From Squalus acanthias (taxonomy: Eukaryota), in contig CM059432.1 in the NCBI GenBank assembly GCA_030390025.1, positions 88,414,001 through 88,478,000 of the forward strand: a stretch of DNA of 64,000 nt, in the 5' to 3' direction. Below, piece after piece: positions 11,901-25,185 of the stretch. The notes beneath the pieces are model-generated. The model worked only from the letters and a program-made list of their open reading frames with translations. It was not told where the DNA came from and did not search any database. Positions within the stretch are counted from its first letter, which is position 1; every line of letters begins with the position of its first letter. The position numbers were made by a program, and so were the translations under genes.

Positions 11901-13063
11901 CAGCCCCAATGTTCCCCCCCCTCCAACCCCCACAATGATCCTCGGGCTGGCCCAGTTGCTTCCCACCCACCCCCCCCCCGATCCTCCGGCCCCGATGCAT
12001 GATTCCCTCCCTCCCTCCCCACCCCCACCCCCTCCCCCCACCGATGCTCTGGCCCTGATTGTTGTTTCTCTCACTCCCTCCCCCCCACTGAAGCTCTGGC
12101 CCCGATCAGTGCTTCTCTCTCTCACATCCCTGCCGATGCTCTGCCCCGATCGTTGCTTCTCACCCTCCTTCCCCTCTACCGATGCTCTGGCCCCGATCTT
12201 CTCTCCCTCCTCCCGTTACCCCGGCCCCGATCTGTGAGGCGAAGTGGACCGCAGTCAGCGATTGCATTGAATGTAAGTAAGTATGAGTGCTGCTGACATT
12301 ATTCAGATTGCAGCCACGTAAGTAATACACAGCGATCGAAAATTATGTCTTATGTCTGTTGTTGCTATGTTATGTCCTATCGGCCATCCCTTTATTTAAG
12401 GCAAACAAGCTGCAGATTTTTATTTTGTTTCCTTTTTTCGGAATTTTTTATTTTGCAAAAAGAAATTGTGCATCCAAGGTCGTCATCTCAACAATTGTGC
12501 AGTTGCAAAGCCATCGGAAATTTCTCAGTCATCGCTGTGTTTGGGACTTAGGCTTTGCGGTAATAGACTGAGCACGGTGGGAACACGATACCATTGATCT
12601 CTTTTGTCATTGACTGATTTTTAATTTATTTTATATATATATATATATATATTGCTGCTCGCCAATATCGGAAAGTACTCGCCAGCCAAAGACTTTCTCA
12701 TGAGAGATTGCTTGTGTGCAAAACAAATCCCCTTAAAATTTTGCTTGGTTGTCGTTTTTCTCCCTCCTCCCAATGCTCCGGCCCCAATCCTCTCTTCCCC
12801 CCACCCCGCATCTTCCTCCGGCCCCCGACCACTCCCTGGTCCCACCCAATCCCTCCCTCCGCAGGCCTACCTGCCCAGAGCCAGCCAGTGCCCCAATCTG
12901 TCTGGCTGCGGGTGGGAAACAGGCTTCCCATTCAAATCAGGCCCTGCCATTAAATTCAGCAGGGCCTGCGGGAAACCCATTCTCCCGGGCTTCCCGACCG
13001 CCTCGGAGCCTCCCCCCACCCCCTCCCCAGCCCTCAACCCTCCTTCCCATTAAAATTCAGTCC
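8990..13063 (+). mobile_element. Harbinger-type MITE inserted in a CR1 3' tail and split by two internal insertions
   Basis: TIRs GGGGGGAATTTTAA / TTAAAATTCAGTCC, flanks tat/tgt; segments 8990-9168, 11671-12232 and 12760-13063 are colinear with 5857-6728. Confidence 0.8.
9171..11670 (+). mobile_element. CR1 LINE (subfamily A), 5'-truncated ORF2 with frameshifts (APE end + RT)
   Basis: VLMGDFNF, ILDLVMSNEP, KSPGPDGFHPRVLKE, NYRSVSL, QHGF, VPQGSVLGP, FADDTK; TGTTCCTATG tail. Confidence 0.95.
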
Positions 13064-13509
13064 TGTGCCTGTGCTGGCTGTTTGAAAGAACTATGCAATT
13101 AGCCCCAAACCCCTGCTCTTTCCCCATAGTTCTGCAAATTTCTCCTTTTCAGGTAGCTCAATCCCTTTTCTGGGCTTTTAAATAATTTTACACAACTCTT
13201 TGATTCCGTGGGTTCAACCCTTCAGCTAATTGCATTTGTCCTATTTCTGTCTCTTTACTCACTTAAGGGTATTCCTGCTGCTGTTGAATGCTCCATTTGT
13301 GTAACTCCTCTGGGGGACACTGACACATCCAGTTCTACTCTATCTGGCTCCTTGGGGACATCTCTTCCTTTTCTCCAATGCAGCATTTGCTGCTTGTGTC
13401 TTCTGTACATTCCAAAGGGTGAAAAGATCACATTTGCTCATTCACACGTAAAAGCCATATCCATTTTCTCCCCTTTTGATTTATCTCATTAGTGGTTGTT
13501 GAGGTTGAA

Positions 13510-14020
13510 TCCTTCCTTCCCCCACTTGTCCAGAACAGTAGAACCAGAGAACATGGCCTGTGCGTGAAGCGGGGCCGGGGGCGGGGGGAGGGTGGGGAGA
13601 GTTCAAATCAAAGCTAATCTGCAGAAACAATATTTCAGTGAGCGCGTGGTCAGTCTATGGAACAGGCTCCCGAGGAAGACAGTAGAAGCAGTTCGTATTG
13701 ACTTATTCAAATGAAAATTAGATAGATTTCTTTCAGAAAATAACCTTTTGGGATACAGTATATCAGTAATTTGAGACACGACGTGTGGTGAGTGTAGCAG
13801 GTTTAGGAGGAACAAGTGTACTTGGCCTATGGTTGCCAAAGCTCTCCACTACTGGGGTTTTCCTCGTGTCATATCTGGGTCTGCTGTAGACTAATTGATA
13901 GAGATTGATTGCTGTGATTAGTCAACAACTCTATTATCATGGTATCTGGCGACTGCCAGAAATGATGGAAGGTGAACTAGATGGACCTTGCCCTTTTTTT
14001 ATCTAGCAATTCCAATGCTC
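13510..14020 (+). mobile_element. CR1-like LINE 3' end (third family)
   Basis: CR1-like terminal ORF2 sequence and 3'UTR; reverse complement aligns with 15780-16173 and 16846 onward. Confidence 0.7.
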
Positions 14021-15779
14021 CTCTTTTTATTGCTTTTGTTGTTTTGAGTACTAATCTTCCTGAGACCTGGAGGGGCCACAGATTTTCTCATTCGGCTACA
14101 GCGAGCAGCCAGTGGGAAATGGTTAGTGTTGCAGATCGAGAAATCCAGGATCCTCGGGTGAGATCCCCTTACACTTTGTCAGTTTTCTTGCCCATAACAA
14201 TAACATCAGCCAGTTGCCTCGATCAAGATTTCACTCCTAGTCCTAATAATAGGGCTGTCCTACATCAGCACTCCTTTAAAGGAACAATGTTGCTGTATTG
14301 AAGAGTGTTTGAAAGCCCAATTCCTGGACTATTTAGAAAATGTCTGCTCCAAAAACTCAGACTCATGACAGCATCTGTGGTGGATGTAGTATCTGCTGCA
14401 GTAAAATCCTTTTACAGTGCAGTTTGATTGTTTTTAAAAGATAAAATAAAGTTTGTATCAGCAGATACAAACTCTGTGATGAATTCATATTGTTCCCTCT
14501 TGTATGCAGTGCATGGTAAAGAAAGTGCCTTGCAAGACACTGTAACATGGTGACACAGCCCCTTTAATTGATCGAGTGGGGAAAGCCTGGAAATCACTGT
14601 GATGCTAGTGCACTTTTGTTAAATTCCTCTTTCTCCTTAGGCGATAGCCAAGGTAAAATAGATGGGTCAATGATACCACTAAAATAATGGTGAGAAATTT
14701 GATGGGTGCATTGAGCATTTATATGACAACACTGCCAATAATAATATTTACTTCATAATATGGAAATAACTACCTAAATGTGCAAAAGAAGCATGCTGAT
14801 TCAGCACTGGCAGTATTAAATCTCTGGGTTGTAACAGGGTGAGTATTTGAATTTTATTTGACAAAATATCCAGCAGCTTTGACTTTGAATTTCTCATCTC
14901 TTGTAAAGATTGGCTTTGGTTGAACATCCTCAGCAGCAAGTACTTTACAACTCTTGAGGGCAAGGCAGCCCTGATTAGCACCATGGACAAGCCAATGGGT
15001 CACATCCCATTCTGATGTTTTTAATGCAATGTCTTGGTTTTGGAGACTACATGGAGATGTGCTACTGTTTTCAAGGATAGAACATCACTACAAGTTTGCT
15101 GATCTAAAGGTTGCAAAAGAGTTTTCTGCAACTCCCATTTCCTGTATTGTGATTAGCCAACTAAGTCCAAAAGAGTTTGGAGCAGAACATTTTTGGTTAT
15201 ATTGCCACATCTGAATGAAAAATCCCATTCACTTTGTTTTAGTCTTCAAAAGATTTGGTAGTTTGCATGTCATTTCTATTGCATGCAGTTATACAATCAG
15301 ACAGAAGTACAAGCCAAACTAACCATTAACAGGAAGTGGCCTTTTGGATTACTTGTGCCAGTAATTAAGGCCGAGTTGTACTTTAACAGAATAACTGCAG
15401 TCATAAATGGTGTTTGATTACAGTTTGATTTAATTTGCTATTAATGTGAAGTAAGCACAATGAGCGAGATCGTCTCAGTGGCAGTTACCAAAAGTATGTT
15501 AACTGCCAGCAATACTGTGATATAGAAATGATAAAAATATACTACTATCAGGGTTATAGTTTCCTTATATCTCTTTGGTGCCAGTAATAGAGATCTTGTC
15601 TGGACTTAAGGAAGAGGCTAGCCAATCTTCAATAAGACAGTTAGAAGTATTATCAACTCGCCACCTGATTTTCTCCTTGCATGTTAGGTGGTAATATTAG
15701 TAAGGTCAAGAGAATTTGGTTCTATCTCTATTCTATGGGAATAAATGTATTGTCTGCCTCCTGGCTCTAAATGGAAATG

Positions 15780-17440
15780 TATCTTAGGAACGTAGGTGTT
15801 GCGAGACAAAAAAAGACCAAGGTCCATCTAGTTCGCCTTCCACTATCCTGGTAGTCACACCGCCTCCCCCGAATGGCCTCCTTTAAAACTGGACATGTTG
15901 GAGGCGGGTCGGGGTCGGGTTGCCCACTTTTTTATTTTTAACCACCTCACCCGCCCTGGGGGTTAAAATTACCCCCCATGGGTCCAAAGTCGCCTGTTCC
16001 TCCCAAGCATGCTACACTTACCACATGTCATGTTTCACATATACTCTATCCCAAAATGTTATTTTCTAAAATATATCGATCTAATTTACATTTGAATGGA
16101 TCAATACTATCCGCTTCCATCATCTCCCCAGGGAGCTTGTTCCATAGATTGACCACTTGTTCACTGAAATAATGGAGGGAATTTTAACCCCCCTATGACG
16201 GGCAGGAGAGGGTCAGTTGAGAGGTTGGTTATCTCGTCAAATTTGCGAAACGCGACGTCAACCCATCACGAACATGCCAACTTCTGTTTTAACTGCAGTG
16301 GGTTTGGGAGTGTCCAAGTAACCCACTCTGGAGTGGTGGGTCCATGATTATAATATATAAATGAGGTTCCGTTCCTGATATTTGACAGTGAGTTAAATTT
16401 AACGTCTGCCGGCTGGGTTTCCCAGGGCACGGAAACCCGGCAGCTAAAGGGAGGCGGGAGAAACCGGATCCAGCAGGTAATTGCTTTTTATAGAGCTTTG
16501 CCTATGGGCCAGAAGGAGCAGGAGTACTCATCCCGGTCCCTCAAGCAAATCTTCTGCCGCTCCCCCTGCCCCAACCCCCCCTCCCTCCAGATTGCCAGTC
16601 CGAGCCCCCCCAACAACCCTCGATGTTTCCCGGTTGCCAGGGAACCGTTCCAGGCTGTGGCCTTCTACCGCTGGCATTCTCGCCCGACAGCCGGCCAGCC
16701 TCTCAATCTGGGTGGGAGATGGAGTAAAAAAAATTATAATGAGGTCCTACTGTTAAATTCATCAGGACCTCCGTGATCCTGGCATTCCCGGGTTCCCCTC
16801 CCCTTGCAAACATGCAAACACTCCCTCCCCGCAAATATTGGGGCCAATGTTTCCGCAGATTAATTTTTAAATTACTCCACTTCAAGTACAGGCCGTCTCC
16901 TGTTTCTGCTGTTCTGGACAAAGTGAAACACTTGTCATGGTCTACATTATCTAGTCCTTTAGAATCCTAAACACAGCGATCATATCACCTCTGAACCTTC
17001 TAATTTCCAGTAAGAATGTGCCCAAGTTACATAATCGCTGCTCATAATCCAATCCCTCCATCACCTCAATCATTCTGGTTGCTCTCTTCTGTATCCTTTC
17101 AATAGCTGCAATATCCTTTGTGTACTGCAGAGACCAGAACTGTACACAGTATTCTAAATGGCAGGAAATCCTCACTCTTTTGGCTTAATATTGAACTTTT
17201 AATACATCCCAAAATCTGATTTGTTTTACTTACTGCCACTGAACTTTGTTGCGATAGCTTCAATTTATTGTCAATCAGGACCACTAGATCTCTTTCATTT
17301 TCCAAGCACCTTATTTTCTTTCCAGTTAAGTAATAGTCCGTTCTTTGTCCCCATGTGAAGAACTATGCATTTGCCTGCATTGAATTTCATCTTCCACCTG
17401 TCTGCCTGATTCCCAAGTATTTCAAATCCTCCTGCAGCTT
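15780..17440 (-). mobile_element. CR1-like LINE 3' part interrupted by MITE pieces (15861-15976, 16174-16845)
   Basis: [35 protein letters not shown] and ERDLVVLIDNKLKLSQQ on the minus strand. Confidence 0.85.
16174..16845 (+). mobile_element. Harbinger-type MITE with perfect AAT TSD
   Basis: aat|GGAGGGAATTTT...AATATTGGGGCC|aat; removing it restores LINE sequence matching the 13.6 kb copy. Confidence 0.85.
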
Positions 17441-20400
17441 ATTCACCAGAGATATTGTTGTGTCATGTCCCTTTGCTTTTATCCATGTGTGCTGAATACC
17501 TCTTTGGCACTAAGATTGCTGCCACAATCCCAAGGCAATAACAATTCATTAATCCCACTGGGCAGAAATTTGCATGTATTTACAGTTCTTATTTCCTCAC
17601 TGCTACAAAGGGAAAATGACAGAACTGAGCAGACGTGGATTTCCCACCAGCACCAGTCCCCAGATATGTACTTCAAGAAATGTAAATTTTCAACAGCTTC
17701 ATAATATTAATAGAAGTAATTGGTTATATTTAGTCACAGGATAGTTTTGGATGAAAAAGACTTTTTTGCCCATTTGATTTTATCCTTCCAGAATACCAAA
17801 CCATCTGTGTATTATATATATGTATGTATCTGTGTGTGTATGTATATTCTGTATCTAGCTGCTTCTTAAGTAAGTCTAGTGATCTGGCGTTAAGAATTAT
17901 TTCTGACCATCTGTTCTTTTATTCGTTGTTTGAATATGGGTGAGTCCAGCTCCTTGGCTTCAACCACTATTAATCATCTTCTATGTAAAGAAATACTTTC
18001 AAACTTGCTCTTCAAAATTTTAAACCTGCCCCCTCTTGTTGGGAAATCAGCCAGCTCCCACGCCAGTGCCAATATGGTGGCGGCCACACCACTGGCGCAG
18101 ATTGGCGCAGGACCCCGCGCCCAGAAATTGGTATACGTTGTGTCTGTTATACGCCTGAAAAACTGGCGAAACATATACCAAGTTCTACACCAGAAATGTT
18201 TTTAAGCAAGTACTTTGTGACTAAACAGGTATGTCAGTGGAAACATGAACCAAACAACTTTTACCTTGCTCAGCTTATTTACAAAAGATGTTTCTATGTA
18301 CACGTGAGAATAAAGTGATCAAGCCCTCATGACTAATTGTTTATGAAACCCTAATCTATTTTATCTATATAGTCTAATCATGTTACTTAATGGCTGATAC
18401 GCTAAACCAAATGTCAAGATGTTTTGATAGAAGTTAATGAACTTATGTAAAACCATACTATAGTTATCAGGCAGAATAAGAATGGTTAAATTGCTAAGTA
18501 CTTCACGATTTAACTTGACTTTGTAGTGCTGGTAAGAGATTCTCTTTGGTGCTTTACTCACATTTGTACGTCAAGATGATCAAGAAAGAATGACCACATC
18601 ATTTAAACTTCCACTGTCTGCGTTTAAAAAAAACTTATCTTTACACAACATTATTCAATTAAAATTCTACTTGAAAACTATCAATTGAGTTGCAGTTAAC
18701 TCCAGGAAAACATTTGAGCAAAGAATTTCAATACATCAAATTACTTAATGAAAGAGCAAAATAAGGTGTGATCCCGAATTTCCATGTCCTGCTGTTGTAC
18801 CTTTGGCAGGATATCAGTGGAACCCCCAGAAAAACAATGTACAACGTCATTTTTTAGGCATTTATGCTGTTTCACTGGTGGTTCCTCCAATCTCCTGCCG
18901 GTGAATTTCCATGGAAAGTCCAGGCACAGAAATCCATTCACAGACTAGTGATTGTAAAACAGTCAGGTTACAAAGTGTGTGAAACAAAGCAGGTAGGATA
19001 TGCATGTTTCATTGTGGACCCAGTTAGTTGATAATTGTCTTTTATGGGAGAAGGGGAAGGAGAAGCGACAGACACTAGTCACAACCAGATATAATGATAT
19101 TATTTTACTATCTATGAAAGCATCATAACAATTTTACTGCTTTTGTACTCTTCTTGAGATATTTTCACTCTTGTGGATACACAGGGAAAATAACAATGAC
19201 ACCTTTGGAGAAAATACAGGAAAATATGTAGCCTGAGGAAAAAGTAGGATTATGATCAACTGCATTTTTGAAGTCTAATCAGATTGGGGTACAAAATGCT
19301 ATTTTAAAAAAATGAAGGCACTATCATCAGGAACATATTTGGTATTTTTTTCTTTGTAAGTATAAGGTTCAAAGATAGAAATCATATTGAAACACATCAT
19401 TATGCCACTCGCACATGATGACATCATGATGAAAATGATGACGTGATGACGATGAATGGCTCTTCCCAGGCAAAAAACGTTTGCTAAACAGACTTGTAGC
19501 AGACTGTTCTCTTTTTTTTGTGGGACTTTGCTGTAAGAAAATTGGCTGTCATTTGAACTTTCATAACAACAGTAATCTATTGGTTGTGAAGTGCTTTGGG
19601 ACATCCTGAGGATGGTACAACATGCTATATAACTGCATGTTCTTTTTTTTCTGTGTTTTATTTCATTTTGTTAGACTCAGAAATCCAGTACATTCACTTA
19701 TGTCATGAAACTTGTGAAATCTCAAATAGCATTTTTCCTCATTTAGCTGTCACTGCCAGTAAACAAAATGTGGCTTGTTGTTATTTATTATTTGAATTGA
19801 AACCTTTGGGATTGGTATAAGAAAGTATAATTTTTTTGCTCTTTGTTCAAGTAAGCCTCAAAATTGAGTATCATTGGGATGAAGGCACACAAAGTAATGT
19901 CACTTAACATGTGAAATCGATAATGTGGACTGATTTGGCTATCTTGAATCTAGTTGATAAATTAATACTCTAGCCTGTTTATATAGAGAGATGTTTTTAT
20001 ATACATGTTTTGATGAATAATTACTTTAAAGAAAGCTATTTTGCCAATTATCTGCCCTCTTACTCTCCTGAAAGTGCTCACTGTTACTGGGTTTGGTTTC
20101 ATGAGCGCTGATCTCATTCCAGTATTCGCTCATGTCGCCTTTCTTCAGCTGTGAGCCTGGAATAGCAGGCTATTGACCAAGCTGGCTATTAAGGCTGAGC
20201 CCAATCATGTCCTCACCTGGACTCCTTAATCATCACAGACTAGGAATTGAACCTGGAACATTTTGAACTTAATGCTGCCATCATCAATGTATTAGTTTTT
20301 TTAGTGACAATCATAAAGGTAGCAACTAGTTGTGATATTTTCCTACGTAAAATCAAAAAACCTGTTTCTGATTGCCACAGGTATTTCTGCTGATTTTGTT

Positions 20401-21747
20401 CAGCGAGTATTCTTGTCACTGTGTAAGACACAAGTAGCCATTTTTAGGTGGCAAATCTGAATGAGAAGTTCCTGGAGTAGTTTTTGAAAATATCAACAAA
20501 TTCTCTGATATTTCTGTTTTAAATAACAGATAAAACATCCTATCCAATTGCACACTGGTTGTTAAATGCCAAAACTTATCTACAGCAGATTTGTAGTTAG
20601 TTACACATTTACTTTGTGAAAATAGGATCCATCGCGTGACCCCCAAAAAAGCAACAAACAGCAAATTGCTAATTATTTATTCCTAACGTATTTTTAATGC
20701 TGTTGACCATTTGCCAAATGACACCACCAGTTCAGAAATTAAGGCTATGTGAAGATAAAGTAATACAATCTGGGAAGTGCACGAAATGTTCTTGTTCTGC
20801 AGCTTGAAAGTTGCTGCTATTAATCATTACCTGAAAGGCAATCAACACAAGTCTGATCTCTGTTCAAATATGCTTTTTTTAAAAACTGTTTTACTTTTTT
20901 CTTTCACAAGTTCATTGATGGTAATCATAGATTTACTGTGGTTGCAGCCTAAAGACACACACTGTCATTCATTTGAGTTGTCTGCAGTTTTATACCAAGG
21001 AATCTCCTGCTTGTTGCCGACATTACCACCTAAATGTGAGCCATCTTAGCAAAGTTTTTCATCTTTCAGTGTCGCTGCAGAAAATGGAATACAATAGGAC
21101 CAAGTCTGAGGTGCTTTTTCAGTATATTTAAAGATCAAACTCTGTCTTTTGATCTAAAATGAAATAGGTTTGTTTCCTTTGATTTAATTAACAGAATAAT
21201 TCCTTTGATGTAAAAGAAACAGTTCATTCCACTGTATAGGTTTTGAATGTGATGCACATATATTACTTTTAGTAGTTAGGAATGTTTGTGCCCCATATTA
21301 CTATTTAATTGTAAACAAATATATGAATTGCTTTAAGCTGTAAACTTCTGGACTGTGTGCTAATATCTGCTATTATGAAGAGTTTTTTTTAATCGTAACG
21401 TGATGTTAAACCCAGTAAACAGATTACTGCAACTGGAGTAAATGTCAATCCTTCTTACCTCTGTACATACCTCTGTACAGACAGAATATAGAAACGGTGC
21501 AGTTTTTCAAATCGTAGGCGACAGGGTCTGCTTATAGCAACTTTATGGCTGTTAAGTCATCGAGATAGAAGATGGTTGAAATTAGAACAATTGGTGGCAT
21601 CGCAGTGGGATATGTTACTCATAGACCAGATAGACTATGAAGATTAAATTGGACCAGCTGAAGCGTACGGCAATGGTATGGGCAAAACAGTCCAGAACCG
21701 GTTAAACTAACGAGGGCAGAAAAAATGAAGCAGCCTGCAAGCATTAC

Positions 21748-23608
21748 ATAAGGTAAGGTCTCATGGGATTGGGGGTAATATATTAGCACAGATAGAGGAT
21801 TGGTTAAAGGACAGAAAACAGAGAATTGGGATAAACGGGTCTTTTTCAGGTTGGCAGGCTGTAACTAGTGGTGTGCCGCATGGATCAGCTATTTACAGTC
21901 TATATTAATGACTTAGATGAAGGGACCGAGTGTAATGTATCCTAGTTTGCTGCTGATACAAAGCTAGCTGGGAAAGTAAGCTGTGAGGAGGACACAAAGA
22001 GCCTGCAAAGGGATATAGACAGGTTAAGTGAGTGGGCAAGAAGGTGGCAGATGGAGTATAATATGAGGAAATGTGAAGTTATTCACTTTGGTAGTAAGAA
22101 TAGAAAAGCAGAATAATTTTTAAATGGTGAGAAACTATTAAATGTTGGTGTTCAGTGGGATTTGGGTGTCCCTGTACACAAAACACAGAAAGTTAACAAG
22201 CAGGTACTACAAGCAATTAGGAAGGCAAATGGTATGTTGGCCTTTATTGCAAGGGGGTTGGGGTACAAGAGTAAGGAAGTCTTGCTGCAATTGTACAGGG
22301 CCTTGGTGAGACCACACTTGGAGTACTGTGTACAGTTTTAGGGGGAAAAATTGAGTTGCGCCCCCTTTGGGGCACTAACTTTGCCGGGGCGCTACTTATA
22401 GCGCTCTGAAAAAATTAACGCCCCCGCAGCCAAAATTCATCGGTAGCGCCCCAAGAGGGAAGCGGGGCGCTACTGGAAGTGCCCCGCCTCCCTCTTGGGG
22501 CGCTGCGAGGGGATGTCGCGGCACTATGTGCCGCAGCGCCACGCGGTACTGCAGGCCTTCCTTCCCTTCTTAAAGGGGAGGGGCCTTGTGCAGCGCGACC
22601 CGGGGCCCAGCTGGGCCACCAGGGATCGGAGTGCCGGCAAAAGAGCCGGGCACTCAAGGGAAGTACCGGGCTCACGGAGCGCAGCCGGCACTCCGCGGGG
22701 GGGCTGGTCAGGAGGCCGGGGATGGCAACGGGGGCAGGTGCTGGCAGGCGGCCAGCAACAAAAATGGCCGGCTGGCACCTCGCCTTTAATTAGCGCCGCC
22801 CCGGCCACAGGTAGGCCCCCTGACCCCGTCGGACATAGCGTCCGGCGATAAGTCGGGGCGCGACCGAAGATCGCAGCTGGGACGTGAGCGGGGCGCTGCG
22901 CACTGCGATGACGTCATCGCCGGCGGCACAGCGCCGCGGGGCACTAACAGTTACCGCCGTCGCTAACCTCCCACTGAATTTCCTGGGAGGTGTTGGCAGC
23001 GCCGCGCCCGGGCACTAGTTGCTTGCGCCCCATTAGCGCCCTAAACGGGAGGCACAAAGCAACCAAATTTTTAGGCCTTAGTCTCCATACCTGAAGAAGT
23101 ATATACTTGCCTTAGAGGTAGTGCAACAAAGGTTCACTAGATTGATTCCTGGGATGAGAGGGTTGTCTTTTGAGGAGAGGTTCAGTAGAATGGGCCTCTA
23201 CTTTCTGGAGTTTAGAAGAATGAAAAGTGATCTCATTGAAACATATAAGATTCTGAGAGGGCTTGACAGGGTAGATGCTGAGAGGCTGTTTCCCTGGCTG
23301 ACGAGTCTAGAACTATGGGTCGCAGTCTCAGGATAAGGGGCAGCCATGAGGGACTGAGATGAGACATTTCTTCACTCAGAGGGTTGTGAATCTTTGGAAT
23401 TTTCTACCCCAGAGGGCTGTGGATGCTCAGTTGTTGAGTATATTCAAGGCTGAGATCGATAGATTTGTGGACTCTAGGGGAATCAAAGGATATGGGGATC
23501 GGGAGGAAAGTGGAGTTGAGGCCGAAGATCAGCCATGATCTTATTGAATGGCGGAGCAGGCTCGAGGAGCCATATGGCCTACTCCTGCTCCTATTTCTTA
23601 TGTTCTTA
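21748..23608 (+). mobile_element. CR1 LINE 3' part split by a MITE
   Basis: RT region, then HLEYCVQF before the insert and QQRFTRLIPGMRGL..SDLIETYKIL after it; TTCTTATG tail. Confidence 0.92.
22341..23077 (+). mobile_element. GC/CpG-rich Harbinger-type MITE, TTA TSD
   Basis: tta|GGGGGAAAAATT...AATTTTTAGGCC|tta; excision restores CR1 cagttttagtctcc. Confidence 0.9.
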
Positions 23609-23819
23609 AGCATTGAACTGAGCAAATCTGGTAGAGGTTCAATGGACAGACTGTTCACTAGAATAGGATACAAAGCAAGGCCGTGTCTGCCAAGCCAAAG
23701 GTACAGCTCAGTCCAGAAGATTTTGGCAGGAACAAGAAAGGGGTATTGGTTCAAAAATGGAATTCAAAACTATCCACTGACAAAGAACTGAAAGTATTGC
23801 TGCAGCTAGAAAGAACGAT

Positions 23820-24172
23820 GAAAGAACTTTATACTGCATTTTCATGTCCTCAAGCCATGTAATCATTGTTATTTTGTAAGCAACTACTGTAGCCAAATTG
23901 CACACAGCAAGGTCTCAAAAATAGCAAATGAGATAAATAAACAGCTAAAAATTGTTTCTGTTGGTGTTGCTAGATGAATGACTGTTGGTCAGGACACCAG
24001 AAAAACTTTGAATAATGCCTTGGGATCATTTACAACCACATGACCAGACAGATGAGGCCTCAGTTCATTCAGTGTTTCTTCTGAAACCTCCAACAGAGTC
24101 AGCCTAGATTATGTGCTCGAGTCCCAGCCTTCTGACTCCGAGGCAAGAGTGCTGCCCCGGCCAAGGCCAACA
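23820..24172 (-). mobile_element. Deu-domain tRNA-derived SINE, degenerate
   Basis: Colinear with 58685-59137 (gtcagcctagattatgtgc, ttctgactccgaggcaagagtgct). Confidence 0.65.
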
Positions 24173-24306
24173 TGGATAATGGCACCTAAGGGCATATTAG
24201 CGTGAATTATTAAAAGCAGTCCACAAAATTCCATTCACTGAGTAGAGCATAGTGCCATTTATGACTAAATTTTAAAATTATGTTCAAGGAGGTGACACTA
24301 TATTTT

Positions 24307-25185
24307 GGGGGAAAAATTCAGTTGGTTTGCGCCTCCCGTTAGCGCCTTAAGAGGGCACTAATGGGGCGCAAAGCAACTAGCGCCCGTGCGCGGCGATGTT
24401 TGCGCCGCTCGCGAAATTAACTAGACATTTTGCGGCGGTGCTAAACACTACTGCCACGATCTCCTGTGCCGGCAGATCGTGACGTCAGTCGAGTGTGCAA
24501 CGCCCCGGTAGCGCCCCGGACCGGATATTGAGTGGCGCCCCCTGCCTTACCGCCTGCCGCTAGCAACGACAGGTTGAGGGGAGCGTTTTGCAGTCATGAA
24601 GGGACTGGGGGAGCGCTATTTAAAGGCGACCACTTCCTGCCTTTTTTTGTTGGTGACATTTTTGCACCACGCATTCTGAGAGAGAGAGAGAGAGACTTCT
24701 GGAGAGATTCAATGCTGTGTGAAGGAGTTTTGGGTACTGAGCAGCACTTTGCAGGTTCATTTTGATTTGCCCTTCCTTGTATCGATTTAGAAGAGACTGT
24801 GGGGGCTGCACTCTGAGCTCTTTTCCTGGCCCTCTTCATTGTTCTTTCCAGCAGATTTGATGGCCGAGATTCAAGGCTGCAATGAGCAGGATGTGGATGG
24901 AGAGCAAGATCAACCCTCCCCTTTAAGAACTGGCCGGTGCCATTTTGTCTGTGTTCCATTGCTGACTGACATCACATGAGCTTCGCCAGCGCTCTGAGGT
25001 AGCGCCTCGCTCCTCGGCCTTTGCGCCTTAAGACAGGCGTGAAGCGCCTGATTTAGCGCTCCAATCACCTCCAGGGGCGATAAAAGCCAAGTTTGCATTC
25101 GGAGGCGATAATTAGCGGCAGGCGCTAATCTTTGCGCCCGGACGATAATTGCGCCCCAAATGGGGCGATACTGAATTTCTCCCCC
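24307..25185 (-). mobile_element. GC-rich Harbinger-type MITE, TTT TSD, opposite orientation to 22341
   Basis: ttt|GGGGGAAAAATTCAGT...ACTGAATTTCTCCCCC|ttt; its left subterminus matches the reverse complement of the right end of 22341-23077. Confidence 0.88.

Noticed and set aside
11830..12232. CRISPR-like repeat-spacer array
   Set aside because: Degenerate CCGATGCTCTGGCCCCGAT units with low-complexity C/T spacers in a eukaryotic MITE, and no cas genes.
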